From assembly GCF_964355755.1 (NCBI RefSeq), contig NC_092674.1:13144001-13208000 (forward strand): a stretch of DNA of 64,000 nt, written 5' to 3'. A program made the position numbers and the translations under genes. This document shows positions 13,256-25,538 of this stretch, piece by piece (the stretch's first letter is position 1; every line of letters starts with the position of its first letter). Under the pieces are notes generated by a model. The model saw nothing but the letters and a program-made list of their open reading frames with translations. It ran no database searches and was not told where the DNA came from. Source of the stretch: Antedon mediterranea (Eukaryota > Animalia > Echinodermata).

Positions 13256-13763
13256 CCATGGGCCAAGAGCTATTCCTTTATTATTCTATTTTTTTAAATC
13301 GGTAATCGTGACCCTTTATAAGTTGTTGTATATGATGTGCCAGCGTGCTACGTTCTAGACATTGGAATAGTAAACAACTAATAGTAAAAAAAAGTTGAAA
13401 CGAATTGTAAACGTCTGTCCAGCATTAGAGATAATCTTAAAAATGTCTCTTCTGGAAAGAGGTAATAGATGCACACAGCAAAATTCTGATTCTTGTTTTA
13501 AGAAAAAAAAAACTTGTTTCAAGCAAAATATTTCTTGAAACAAGTAAATTTTGACTTGTCCGTATTTCAATACTTTTTGGCTTACCAAGAATCGTAAAAT
13601 TCTTAACAAGAATCACACAAATTCTTATCAAGAAAATTATTCTTACCAAGAAATAATACTTTAAGAACAATATTCTTACCAAGAATTTAATTGCTTTTTT
13701 CATTCTTGTTTTAAGCAGTATCTGCCTTAAAATAAGTAACAATTTATCGATTTTTTAAAATAG

Positions 13764-15210
13764 AATTCTTGTTTCAAGCAATATTTTTCTTAAAATAAGT
13801 AAGAATATTCCGATTTATATTTTTAGTTTTCTTGTTTCAAGCAATATATTTCTTAAAATAAGTAAGAATATTCCGATTTGTATTTTATAGAATTCTTGTT
13901 TCAAGCAATATATTTCTTAAAATAAGTAAGAATATTCCGATTTGTATTTTTTTGAATTCTTGTTTCAAGCAAGATATTTCTTAAAATAAGTAAGAATATT
14001 CCGATTTGTATTTTATAGAATTCTTGTTTCAAGCAATATATTTCTTAAAATAAGTAAGAATATTCCGATTTGTATTTTTTTTAATTCTTGTTTCAAGCAA
14101 GATATTTCTTAAAATAAGTAAGAATATTCCGATTTTTATTTTTTGAATTCTTGTTTCAAGCAATATTTTTCTTAAAATAAGTAAGAATATTCCGATTTGT
14201 ATTTTTTGAATTCTTGTTTCAAGCAATATTTTTCTTAAAATAAGTAAGAATATTCCGATTTGTATTTTTTGAATTCTTGCTTCAAGCAATTTTTTTCTTA
14301 AAATAAGTAAGAATATTCCGATTTGTATTTTTTGAATTCTTGTTTCAAGCAAAATATTTCTTAAAATAAGTAAGAATATTCCGATTTTTATTTGTAGAAT
14401 TCTTGTTTCAAGCAATATTTTTCTTAAAATAAGTAAGAATATTCCGATTTGTATTTTTTAGAATTCTTGTTTTAAGCAATATTTTTCTTAAAATAAGTAA
14501 GAATATTCCGATTTTTAATTTTAATATTCTTGTTTCAAGCAATATATTTCTTAAAATAAGTAAGAATATTCCGATTTGTATTTTTTGAATTCTTGTTTCA
14601 AGCAATATTTTTCTTAAATTAAGTAAGAATATTCCGATTTTTATTTGTAGAATTCTTGTTTCAAGCAATATTTTTCTTAAAATAAGTAAGAATATTCCGA
14701 TTTGTATTTTTTGAATTCTTGTTTCAAGCAATATTTTTCTTAAAATAAGTAAGAATATTCCGATTTGTATTTTTTGAATTCTTGTTTCAAGCAATATATT
14801 TCTTTAAATAAGTAAGAATATTCCGATTTTTATTTGTAGAATTCTTGTTTCAAGCAATATTTTTCTTAAAATAAGTAAGAATATTCCGGTTTGTATTTTT
14901 TAGAATTCTTGTTTTAAGCAATATTTTTCTTAAAATAAGTAAGAATATTCCGATTTATATTTTTAGTTTTCTTGTTTCAAGCAATATATTTCTTAAAATA
15001 AGTAAGAATATTCCGATTTTTATTTGTAGAATTCTTGTTTCAAGCAAAACTTTTTTTAAAATAAGTAAACAAGAAGTCTATCAAATAAAAACCAGTAAAT
15101 GTTTACTTATTTTAAGAAAAGTATTGCTTGAAACAAGAATTCTATCAAATTAAAATTTGTAAATTCTTACTTATATTGGGAAAAAAATTGCTTGAAACAA
15201 GAATTCTATA
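13764..15210. repeat. Left subterminal array: 60-bp unit, about 21 copies plus two inverted copies at about 15102-15210
   Basis: Unit AATTCTTGTTTCAAGCAATATTTTTCTTAAAATAAGTAAGAATATTCCGATTTGTATTTTTTG. Confidence 0.95.
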
Positions 15211-15508
15211 AAATATAAATCACTAAAAATTTATTTTAAGAACGATAAATGAATACTCATTTTAAGTAATATTTTACTTAAACAAATAAATTCAAGAATG
15301 TTATAAAACATAATATTAACAATACTGTTATTTTCATTAAGAACTACAATTTACATGACATTAGGTACAATAATATATACAACTTCTTTAAAACAAACTT
15401 GTTTTTATTAATAATAAAATGCCATCAAAAGAAAACTTAAAAACATTAAAATGGTAAAATACAAATTTCGTAAAATTCTTCTCCCGCACCTGGGCTTTAA
15501 ACTATTAG

Positions 15509-17590
15509 GTGTCTTTAAATTTATTAATGTATACTAATGATGATTCAACAGCCTTTGTCAAGTGTACAGGTGTGTTTTCATCACAAATCACTAACTGTTA
15601 AAGGATAGTGAGGCCTACTTCTTTTCATTTTGGATAATCGAAATCCAGAAGGTAAAAAGTGGAGAGGAGAGTAACTAGAGCCTCATCTAATTTTGCTTTC
15701 TTTGTAGTTAGAATTGTTTGCTAAACTTTAATGTAGGCCATTTCTGTGTCCAAAAGCAATACCGGCATATTACCTGATCGGCGTGAAGACCAGGATTCTG
15801 GATCTTTATTCATGTTCCTAAAAATGAAAAGAGATTAATATAGTTTTAGTTATTACTGTATTTAAAATATGTGTAACATCATCAACTAATTGGGTACGGT
15901 GTGGTTTTAGAGTCCTATATCTGGGGCGGTAAACACAAAAACATGACGCAATATTAGAACGGTGGTAAGAATAATTTTACATTATAAGACATAAGGGTGG
16001 GTGGAATATGCATTTGAACTTTTTAATCACAAACTTTGCCCTGTTTATACCGATCCCAAAGACAGGCCTGGCTGTATCTATTATTTTTAGTTAAATTATT
16101 AGGGTCTAAATTTATTTTTAATATTACTATTTAGGCAAAACGGTGCTCAATCCTGATTGATGTTTTTATTCTGTATCAATGTTTATAATAACAATCATAC
16201 AATTAAATGTAAATTTTGTTTAATTGTTTGATTTTAATAAATTATTGTAAACATAGTATATACCTCGAATTTTAAGCTAAGATAAATTTGATTTTAAAAA
16301 AACACTTTAAGATATTTTTTTTTAATGTACATAATGTTACTTGTATTTTAAATTTTTAAAAACACTAAATACCTTCAAGGTCGGCAGACTTTTTTTGATG
16401 AGTTTTTCCCAACAAATATGTTTGACAGATTTGACAACATATGGGTTATCTTTGAACCTAACCAAAAATAACAAATTGAAAACATTATATTATATAAATT
16501 TATTTAAATGAGTGGAATAATGTATGGGCATAAACTTGATATACTGTAGCTCAAATTTTTAATAATGTAGCCTACAGTTTTGTAGGTGGTCAATGTAAAA
16601 GGAAGGGGAAAGGGTGGGCTGGCCAGGAGAGCATTAATATGTCAAAAATTAATATTCATAAGTCATTTATTTAATTTTAGTTGTCAAAGGGAGGAGTGCA
16701 TGACACTAGCTTGAGTCGAACCAAGCTGTTAAAAATACGTACACAATATGTACACGTATTTTCCTCACTACCATTGGTCCATTATAAAAATATTTATGAA
16801 TAGATAAAAGTACAAAAACATACACTGTACTTACCAGATGGAGGACTGGTGTTTCTCTTTAAAATACCAAAATAAACTATATTATTCCCTTCTTTGGAAA
16901 AATTTGCTAAGCACTTTTTTAAAAAGCTTTCTTTTGTATTTCATTCCTCTTTGCCTAGTAATAATTAGTATCCTTCGAACTTCTTCAATTACCTAACAAA
17001 TAATTTAAGATAAAAAAAGAAATTTAATATAACAATTTTAGTTATGCAGTACGTATGTTTTTTGTTTGTTTTTTTAGTATGTTTTTTTAAAAATTTAGAG
17101 TTAAAAACATTAAGTTTCAATATCGATGTGATCACTTCGGGGATTACTTAGTGTGTACAATTAATTAAATATAAAGAAGTGTTTTTAAATGTCATTATAT
17201 TTCTCATTGGAATATGTGTATATAATATAATCCTTCGTAGATATTTCATGGCTACATTGCAAAATAACTGTTACATTATAATTGTATTATCTATTATTAG
17301 GCCTTCCTTATACCTAGCTGAAATAGGTCCGACAATATTTGTCCCCTCTGTCAATGTCTGAACTAAAATGCTAAGCTAAACCTATACACCTGTCCGTCAG
17401 TACAGGCATAGTAGGCTAGCCTAGACCTACTAGTTCCAGGCCTACAGTATTACTAAATAGGAAGGAGCCTAGGCTAGGCCTAGACTGCTGGTAGATTAAA
17501 ATATAATTATTAGGCCTACGAACCTGTTAAAATGTTGGCCACTTCTTCATCTATTTCTCGGATCTTCAACAAAGCGTCTTCCTTCGACAT
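15509..17590 (-). pseudogene. Multi-exon accessory gene remnant of the CACTA element (SAMD3-C-terminus-like motif)
   Basis: The last exon (about 15509-15817) reads ...EALVTLLSTFYLLDFDYPK*KEVGLTIL*QLV... with 3 stops. Further GT-AG-bounded exons lie at about 16373-16457, 16835-16992 and 17524-17590 (MSKEDALLKIREIDEEVANILT). Confidence 0.6.
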
Positions 17591-17919
17591 TATATTAGAC
17601 TAATCTTACTAGGCCTATTGAAGCATTTAATATATAAATTGCGATGAAAGGTGTCTTTTACAGTACTTACAAACTCTAGATTTTGAATGATTACTTTAAA
17701 AAACCGTTGGCCATGATCCCGCCGGGAGCTAGGTCATCGACCACACACAGTGTTGTTTTTCAACTATAACCAAAAATTTATCGCTGGCCTTTTACCCAGA
17801 ATGTATAAGGTCATTATACTGCTTAACGTTAAAGCATGGAGGTATAAACCTCCATGGTGGTTAAAGCAAATCTATAAAACGTCTGGACCAACAGTAATAC
17901 GACAGACAATAATAATGAC

Positions 17920-18935
17920 ACATGTTTGTTGCAGTCCGAAAAAAAGCGATAAGTTGGTGCCAGTAAACTGAAGTAGGTACAGTATTTGCTACCCTATTTG
18001 CTAAGGCATTATAATTCAATTCATGGAAATACTCCGAATTTTCGAGTAACATGTGGAATTGGTGGTTCGCTGCCCGGCAAGCTTTGGAATTTACAATTCG
18101 TTTTACAAGCATGTCATAAGACGCCATTTTAAGGACGAGTATAACAATCGGCAACCTCCTGCAGTTGACGATGGAAACATCAGTATATAAGTATGCCTGG
18201 AGAAAACGAGGATGCCAATTGAGGATGAAGTAGAACTAGGCCTAGACTAGGAGACTGACGAAGTTAATGAAGAAAAAAACTATTATAACGGGGATGATTT
18301 ATCAACTGACGATAGTTAGTAGTAGTGATAATTTTAGTATTGTTATACTGTTAATGATTGTTTAATATTAATTATCTTGTTGATGCTCAGCAAGAAGGCC
18401 TACTTAGTACTAACTAGAGGATGAACAAGCAGATAATAGTATAAAAAATGCTGATTTCTTTCTACTAAAATTAAAGGAGAGAAACAAGATTCCACAGGTA
18501 AGCCATTTTGCTTTAAAATTACAACAATTATGCATTTTAAACTATTTTTTATTAGAGAAATACGTCTATTTCCTAGGCCTTGCTGGTACTGTTATTATAC
18601 AGGACTATTAGCTATAGTAACTATAGGACTTGGGTACTAGGCCTAGGCCTAGGCATTATACACTCTAAGTTTATGTTGCATTTTTTTGTGACCAATTTCA
18701 TTGTTACAAATAACATTTTTTTTGTTAGGCTGCATAGCTCCCCATCTAAAGCACAACTTAGTTTTTAAACATATTAAAACTTGAATATAAAAAATATTAA
18801 ATCAATATTATTTTCTTTAGGTTGCAGTGCAATCGATTATTCAAAGCACAAACAGTTTGATTACCCAGATTCTTTCATCAGTTGAAACTGAAGTGCTAAC
18901 TGCTCTACCGTTGTGTGAATATAAGGATGACAATC
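17920..18935 (+). pseudogene. N-terminal remnant of a CACTA transposase (C2H2 zinc finger), truncated
   Basis: LLRHYNSIHGNTPNFRVTCGIGG/CPASFGIYNSFYKHVIRRH with a frameshift, then FFLLKLKERNKIPQ|GTAAG and exon VAVQSIIQSTNSL from 18821; no catalytic core. Confidence 0.65.
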
Positions 18936-20400
18936 TATTTTAAGTAAAACATTTCTCAAAATAAGTATTTTTCAGAATATTAAAATAGAATTGACTTCAA
19001 TTCAAGCAAAAATAGTCTTGATAGGATATAGTATGATATTGACTTCTTATCTTAAGTAAAACATTTCTCAAAATAAGTATTTTTTAAAATATTGCGAATC
19101 TCAATTTAAGCAAAAATAGTCTTGATAAGATAGTATGATATTGACTTCTTATTTTAAGTAAAACATTTCTCAAAATAAGTATTTTAAAGAATATTGCGAA
19201 TCTTGATTCAAGTAAAAATAGTCTTGATAAGATAGTATGATATTGACTTCTTATTTTAAGTAAAACATTTCTCAAAATCAGAATATTGCGAATCTGAATT
19301 CAAGCAAAAATAGTCTTGATAGGGTAGTATGATATTGACTTCTTATTTTAAGTAAAACATTTTTCAAAATAATTATTTTTTAAAATATTGCGAATCTCAA
19401 TTTAAGCAAAAATAGTCTTGATAAGATAGTATGATATTGACTTCTTATTTTAAGTAAAACATTTCTCGAAATAAGTATTTTTAAGAATATTGCGAATCTT
19501 GATTCAAGTAAAAATAGTCTTGATAAGATAGTATGATATTGACTTCTTATTTTAAGTAAAACATTTCTCAAAATAAGTATTTTTAAAAATATTGCGAATC
19601 TCAATTTAAGCAAAAATAGTCTTGATAAGATAGTATGATATTGACTTCTTATTTTAAGTAAAACATTTCTCAAAATAAGTATTTTTAAGAATATTGCGAA
19701 ACCTAATTTAAGAAACTTTGTCTTACCTAGAAAAATATTTATTGTTTTAAGTAATTTTTAGAATTCATCAATCTTGATTTAAGAAAAATTATTCTTGATA
19801 GGGATAAATATAATATTGATTTCTTATTTTAAGTAAAATACTTTTCAAATTAAGTATTTTCAAATCTTGTTTTAAGCAAAACTATTCTTAATAAGAAGAG
19901 AATGATATTGACTTCTTATTTTAAGTAAAATATTTCTTGTAATAAGCATTTTCAAGAATATTGCGAATCTTGATTCAAGTAAAAATAATCTTGATAAGGG
20001 TAGTGTGAAATTGACTTCTTATTTTAAGTAAAATATTTCTCAAAACAAGTATTTTCAAGACTATTGCGAAACCTAATTTAAGAAACTTTGTCTTACCTAG
20101 AAAAATATTGATTGTTTTAAGTAATTTTTATAATTCATCAATCTTGATTTAAGAAAAATTATTCTTGATAGGGATAAATATAATATAGATTTCTTATTTT
20201 AAGTAAAATACTTTTCAAATTAAGTATTTTCAAATCTTGTTTTAAGCAAAACTATTCTTAATAAGAAGAGAATGATATTGACTTCTTATTTTAAGTAAAA
20301 TATTTCTTGTAATAAGCATTTTCAAGAATATTGCAAAACTTAATTTAAGAAAATGTGTCTTTTCTAGAAAATTATTTCTTGTTTTAAGTAATTTTAAATC
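18935..20400. repeat. Right subterminal array: about 102-bp unit, degrading into higher-order repeats
   Basis: TAAGTAAAAC recurs at 19053, 19155, 19257, 19349, 19451, 19553 and 19655. Confidence 0.93.
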
Positions 20401-23400
20401 TTGACAAGAAAAAAAATACTTATTTTAAGAATTTTTTCTTAAAACAAGATTTTTTTTTCTTGCTTAGAATTTCAAATTTTGCTGTGCATGGAGTAATTTT
20501 ATTTCTATTCATTATCCAAAGTTTGTTGACGAGCTATTGCGAATGCAAATTTGGAATAAAGAAGTAATAAGAATAGGCAACGAATGTATAAGATATGGAA
20601 ATTGGGGAAAAGCAGGTATTCTGTTTGTTAATGATTTGTTTAACAGCAATGGGCAATTTATGAATAAAAAAGAAGTCGAAGATACCTATGGAATTAAGAT
20701 AAATTATAAAAAATTAATAGGAGTAAGAAGGCTTCTTATGGAAAAATTTAACAATTTAATTATATGTGAAATTTTAAAAAACAGTTTTGCCAGATATTCC
20801 ATTTCATATAAAAAGTACTCTTTCAACAAAGAAAGGGATGTCGTATTTTTTATGATGTTTTAAATAACTCAATGTTTACATCCTGGAAAGCACAAAAGAA
20901 ATGGGCAGAGAATACATTTGTATTCAATAACGAACAATTGAAAACAATCTACCTAGATCCACATACGTGTACAATGAATATTGTTTTAATATATTTTCAA
21001 TATAAAATTGTAAACAGAATAATTGCAACAAATGAACAATTATTTAAAATGAATATAAAAGAAACTTCAATGTGCTCATTTAGAGATGGTAAAATCGAAA
21101 CCATTTAGCATTTGTTCTGTAATTGTCCAATAGTAAAAAGGATATGGAACCTTTTCCAGGAAAAAATTTCAGAAAAAACTGGAGTGCAATTTATTTTTAG
21201 TAAAGAGAGCATAATTTTTGGATACCAAGATGCGCATCAGTTTTTTAATTTAAAAGCCATTAATGCAATTATTCTAATTGTAAAATCATTTATTTATAAA
21301 TGTAAACTAGTTAAATGTAAGTCAAATATCAAAATGGTTATGAACGAGTTAAAAAGGTTTTATGAAACGGAAAAAAGTATTTATCATCAGAATTTTCAGG
21401 ACAGTATTTTAAATAGAAAATGGATAAAATTAGAAGCATTTATAAATCAAATATGAAATTGTTAGAGATTAGAATAATTTTTATGAACCTTTATTTAATT
21501 TGTTTGTTGTTTTTGTTTGATTTTTATTTTTTATTTGATTATGTTTTTCCTTTGTAATGTATTATTATGATGAAAAAAATAAATAAATAAAAAAATAAAA
21601 AAATAGTAAACAACCAAATAAAAGTGACATTGGGCAGACTTGTAAATGGTAGTTGCGAATGAATTGCCGTTTCTTACAAAGGGAGCATACCGCCTCTCGA
21701 AGCTACGTATTTTGGTACCTGTATGTGTATAGCATGGCCCCCGGTTATCGACGCGTGAGCTGGGCCAACTTCTAAATATATTTACTCTATAAATATTTCT
21801 AACAGAGGGACACCGCCATATTAAGTGCGTCCTATCACTAGTATGTAACTTGATTCAGATTTCTAACTACAGGACAGATATTGACGCGTAAACCACAAAG
21901 AAAATGAGTTTGTCAATTAGTAGACGTTTTACTGTAATATTAAATATATTTGTTACTAGAAATTAGTTTGATAAAATATATTCTACAAAATTAGTAGGCC
22001 TAATCGTATTCCCCTAATAAATTAAGGGGATGGGGGGGGGGGGACACGTGTTCCGATAAATATATTCGCATCATCAGAATTGTAATCAAAGCCTAGAATA
22101 CTTGTATACGTACAAAGTTGCGTTTAAATGTGTCATCATTAGCATGAGAATAGATTTATCGAAACATCTCACGTAATTTTAAGACGGCCCACATTTTCAT
22201 TAAATGCCTTATGATATTATTGATTATCAATCGTAATTTGGTGGTATTATACATGATGTACCTGTTTATGTACAGTGAAAGAGCTTATTTTAGTATCCTA
22301 TAGTAATATATTTTCTATATAAGAGAATATGGTATTTCAAATCAGGTACAAAAGCCGACGATCCAAGCGAATTACATGTTTAAAAAAATTGGAAAACACC
22401 CATTTGTTATTTTCAAAACACATTGCAAGTCGGCGAGGTCCGATGGCATGCGTGAACAGCGCAACAAAAATGAAAAACGAAAATGGCATGTTGTGTTTTC
22501 TGTAGGGCTACAGTAATTAGTGTTTCAGATACCACCATTGACAGTAGCAGAATTGGGTGTTTATTTCAAGCTCACATAAACGATCAATGAAATCCTCGTG
22601 AAACATTATTTAAGCTTATTCACTAGGCCTATAGTATATTTAAATTATCTACTTATTAATTTATTTATATATTGTTTTCTCTTTTTACTTGGTTAGATGA
22701 AACTTGTTACCGAGAAACGACAAACATTCTAGTTGAAATTGTTTATGTATACCCACAGATTGCACTATTTTCTGTATACTTAATTAGGTACTCTTTTCGT
22801 ACATGTCTTGCTGTTGGAAATAGAAAAATATTTCACTTCAATTATTTTCCAAAATAGTGGTACACAACAATGAAAGAAAATGTGAAAACAACATTTTTGT
22901 TACGTTTTTGTTGTCATTATAAATATTTTTGCGACTGAGGTGAACTTCGAAAATGCCGGTCAGATATAAAAAAAAGTTACAAGGAATAAATTAACAATTG
23001 TCAACTGCATACTCATCCATCAAACTAGCCGCCATCGAGCAAATATTCAATTCCATGAATCTTATGAGGATTAGTTTTATAGGAACAATAGTACTTTTTT
23101 TATATTTGTTTTGGCAATTAATGCAATTAAAGCGTACTTAATTCGTCATATTCCATTTGGAATACTACGTCCTGTAAAATTACTAGAATGTTCTGATTTG
23201 TTAATTTTTAGATTATATTATATACAGAATTATATATTATTTAGAATGTTCGGGTGGCATTCCATGCATGCGGCTTTTGGCCTTAATGGAAGTCCTTTTG
23301 TATATTTTTTGCTTTGTATTTTTTTTATGGATCAAATAAACTGACTTGTGTGACTTGTATTTCGGCGCCTTTCCACGTATCAATTTATCGCATCCCATCA

Positions 23401-25439
23401 TATTACTATTGAAACCAAATTTAAACATTTCAACAAGCTTTTGAAGATACATTAAAAGAACGCTCATCGTCAGATCTATGTATAGTAATCAGAAATATTC
23501 AAACAAAAAATGATGCTGTTGTGATGTCGGTGGTGGGTGTTAGGTTTGGCGACGTTAATTCGAGGGAGGAATTTGTTGGTAACATTTTATAATAAAATAG
23601 ATTCCCTTAGATATGAACAAGTACAATACAGTGTTAGATATTATCAAGAAGTGATAACAGTTAACAGTTGTATGAAAATGCTTGGTAAATAAATATGGTA
23701 TAGCAGTCAATGAATTAATCAACAAGTATAATTGTGTTTGTTTATAATACAATACTGTGTGTATAAATGTACGTGGCGGGGCGTTTTTTTTTGGGAGGGG
23801 CGTTTATTCAAATAAATGCGGTAGGCTTAATTGGTATAATCAATACATTATTTAGTTCTAATCAAACACCAAATAATGAAAATCATCAGTGGTCCGTTAA
23901 TAAGAAACACGTTTTAAACGGCTTGCAACATGGGCCAAAGCACCCGTGTCTCAATGGCGATGCAGTACATGCAGATAGCGCGCATTCTGTTCAAACCTAA
24001 CAGCAACTCAAACACTCGTGTAACATTCGGCTATATCGATTTCTGATATAATTTTATATATTAATTTTACAATTTTCCCTGCAAAATACTTCGATGATTT
24101 TTTTAATATAATGGATTTGTTTTTTCTTTTTTTTTTCTTTTTTTACAGTATAATTTCATTTTGTTTAAACTACAGGCCTGGCCCGTGAAAAAAAAAATCA
24201 AAATATATGTGTCGCCGTCAACGGCAAATATTGGAAGAGAGCAAAAACTACATCAACCCGGAAATCACAAAATCACTTTTATACCGCCGACGAATGAAAA
24301 TTTGCCGATGAAATCAGAAAGGTTGTTTTAAAACCTTTTATAATATCTGCCTAAGAGAGAAATATTATTAAATCTACGTTTCGCGGTACATCTGAGATAG
24401 ATAATGTAGGTATGCAAGGCGGAAATCTTTTTCCATTGTGCTCAAAAGTAACCATAATTTAAGTATAGATACACTAACATCGTTGAGCACATGTAGCTTG
24501 TAGTATCATGTACGTGCACATAGCATCGCATTGGTAAGTCACAAATATATTAGTGAAATGCACAACACTGCAGTAGTTATTAATTCATAAAGGTTATGAA
24601 ATAATCAAATTAAACAAAGGTCTATCCTTACACGTACAAAAAAACACCAACAGTTATCTAACAACACGTATTCCTTACTTTTGCGCAAACACTGACAGAA
24701 CGAATGATTACATATTATGCTTAATTCTGGAATAGGTATGCACAATGTAAAACGCATAGCACCAACTCCGTGTCGGTTCTTACACCAGCTGTTCCATGCG
24801 TCTAATGTCTTAGAAAAGATAGTATTAGTGTTTTTAATGTCTTATGTCATCGGTAGACATTTAACAGTCAGCGGTAAAGTTACTTCCGAGTTCGTCATCA
24901 CTTTGCGATTTCCAACTTCGCTGTAGTCACAATAAAACCTCTGTACAAAACGCTTGCAGCTGTCCCACATGTGAACCTGGCATGTACATTTGATATACAT
25001 TTGAATCAAGATATTTCATGTTTCTCTCTTTAAACGTCAAAATGAACTAATATATTAATTATATTGTAGAATACTATGGTTTGGCTATTTAATATTATTG
25101 TGACTTACAAGTAATAAATATTAATTTATAAAGATTAAACAAGTTATTACAAAGTGTGACATCAGTTGTTACAAAACCTTGGTTAATCTGACTTTCCAAT
25201 GTCAAGATTAACCTTGACGAGGCAGCGGTGTTCCGAACCATGTGAGGGATACAACCGTGCGCAGTACTCGACAATTAATTAGTCATCCTCGCAACAAAGA
25301 TGACCTGTAATATGACCCGCGATGTGGTTGCTTCATTTAGGTATGTTATTACTGGCACGCCCTTTAAATTGTAAAATTAAACACTTTTTAAATCACATTG
25401 AATTATATAGCACATATTATTTATGTGGGTAACACTTAC

Positions 25440-25538
25440 TTTTGTCTGAAGATCCAATTTAGCACCTTCCTTGAGCAAAATAGTGCAAACATCTGTGTGG
25501 CCGTTTTGTGCTGCCGCATGCAAAGGTGACGCTCCATC
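25440..25538 (-). CDS. Ankyrin-repeat exon (DGASPLHAAAQNGHTDVCTILLKEGAKLDLQTK)
   Basis: 99 bp, TTTCAG| acceptor and |GTAAGT donor; canonical ankyrin G-SPLH-AA--GH motif; lies within ORF 25377..25613. Confidence 0.93.

Larger units (their letters stand above)
13474..20486. mobile_element. CACTA/EnSpm (CMC)-like DNA transposon, internally deleted, about 7.0 kb
   Basis: Perfect 12-bp TIR CACAGCAAAATT, 2-bp TSD CA, long subterminal tandem arrays and internal gene remnants. Confidence 0.85.
13379..21601 (+). mobile_element. 5'-truncated Tx1/L1-clade LINE split by a DNA transposon (LINE parts 13379-13473 and 20489-21601)
   Basis: The reading frame FWKEVIDA|WSNF rejoins across the insertion. A zf-RVT remnant (CSF...HLFCNCP) and an A-rich tail are present, with a 13-bp TSD AATAGTAAACAAC at 13366-13378 and 21602-21614. 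Confidence 0.9.

Noticed and set aside
14029-14794. 128-aa repetitive ORFs (LETRIQKIQIGIFLLILRKIL)n, and similar ORFs at 19084-19673
   Set aside because: They are by-products of the 60-bp and 102-bp DNA repeats in transposon ends, and single-base indels break the frames.
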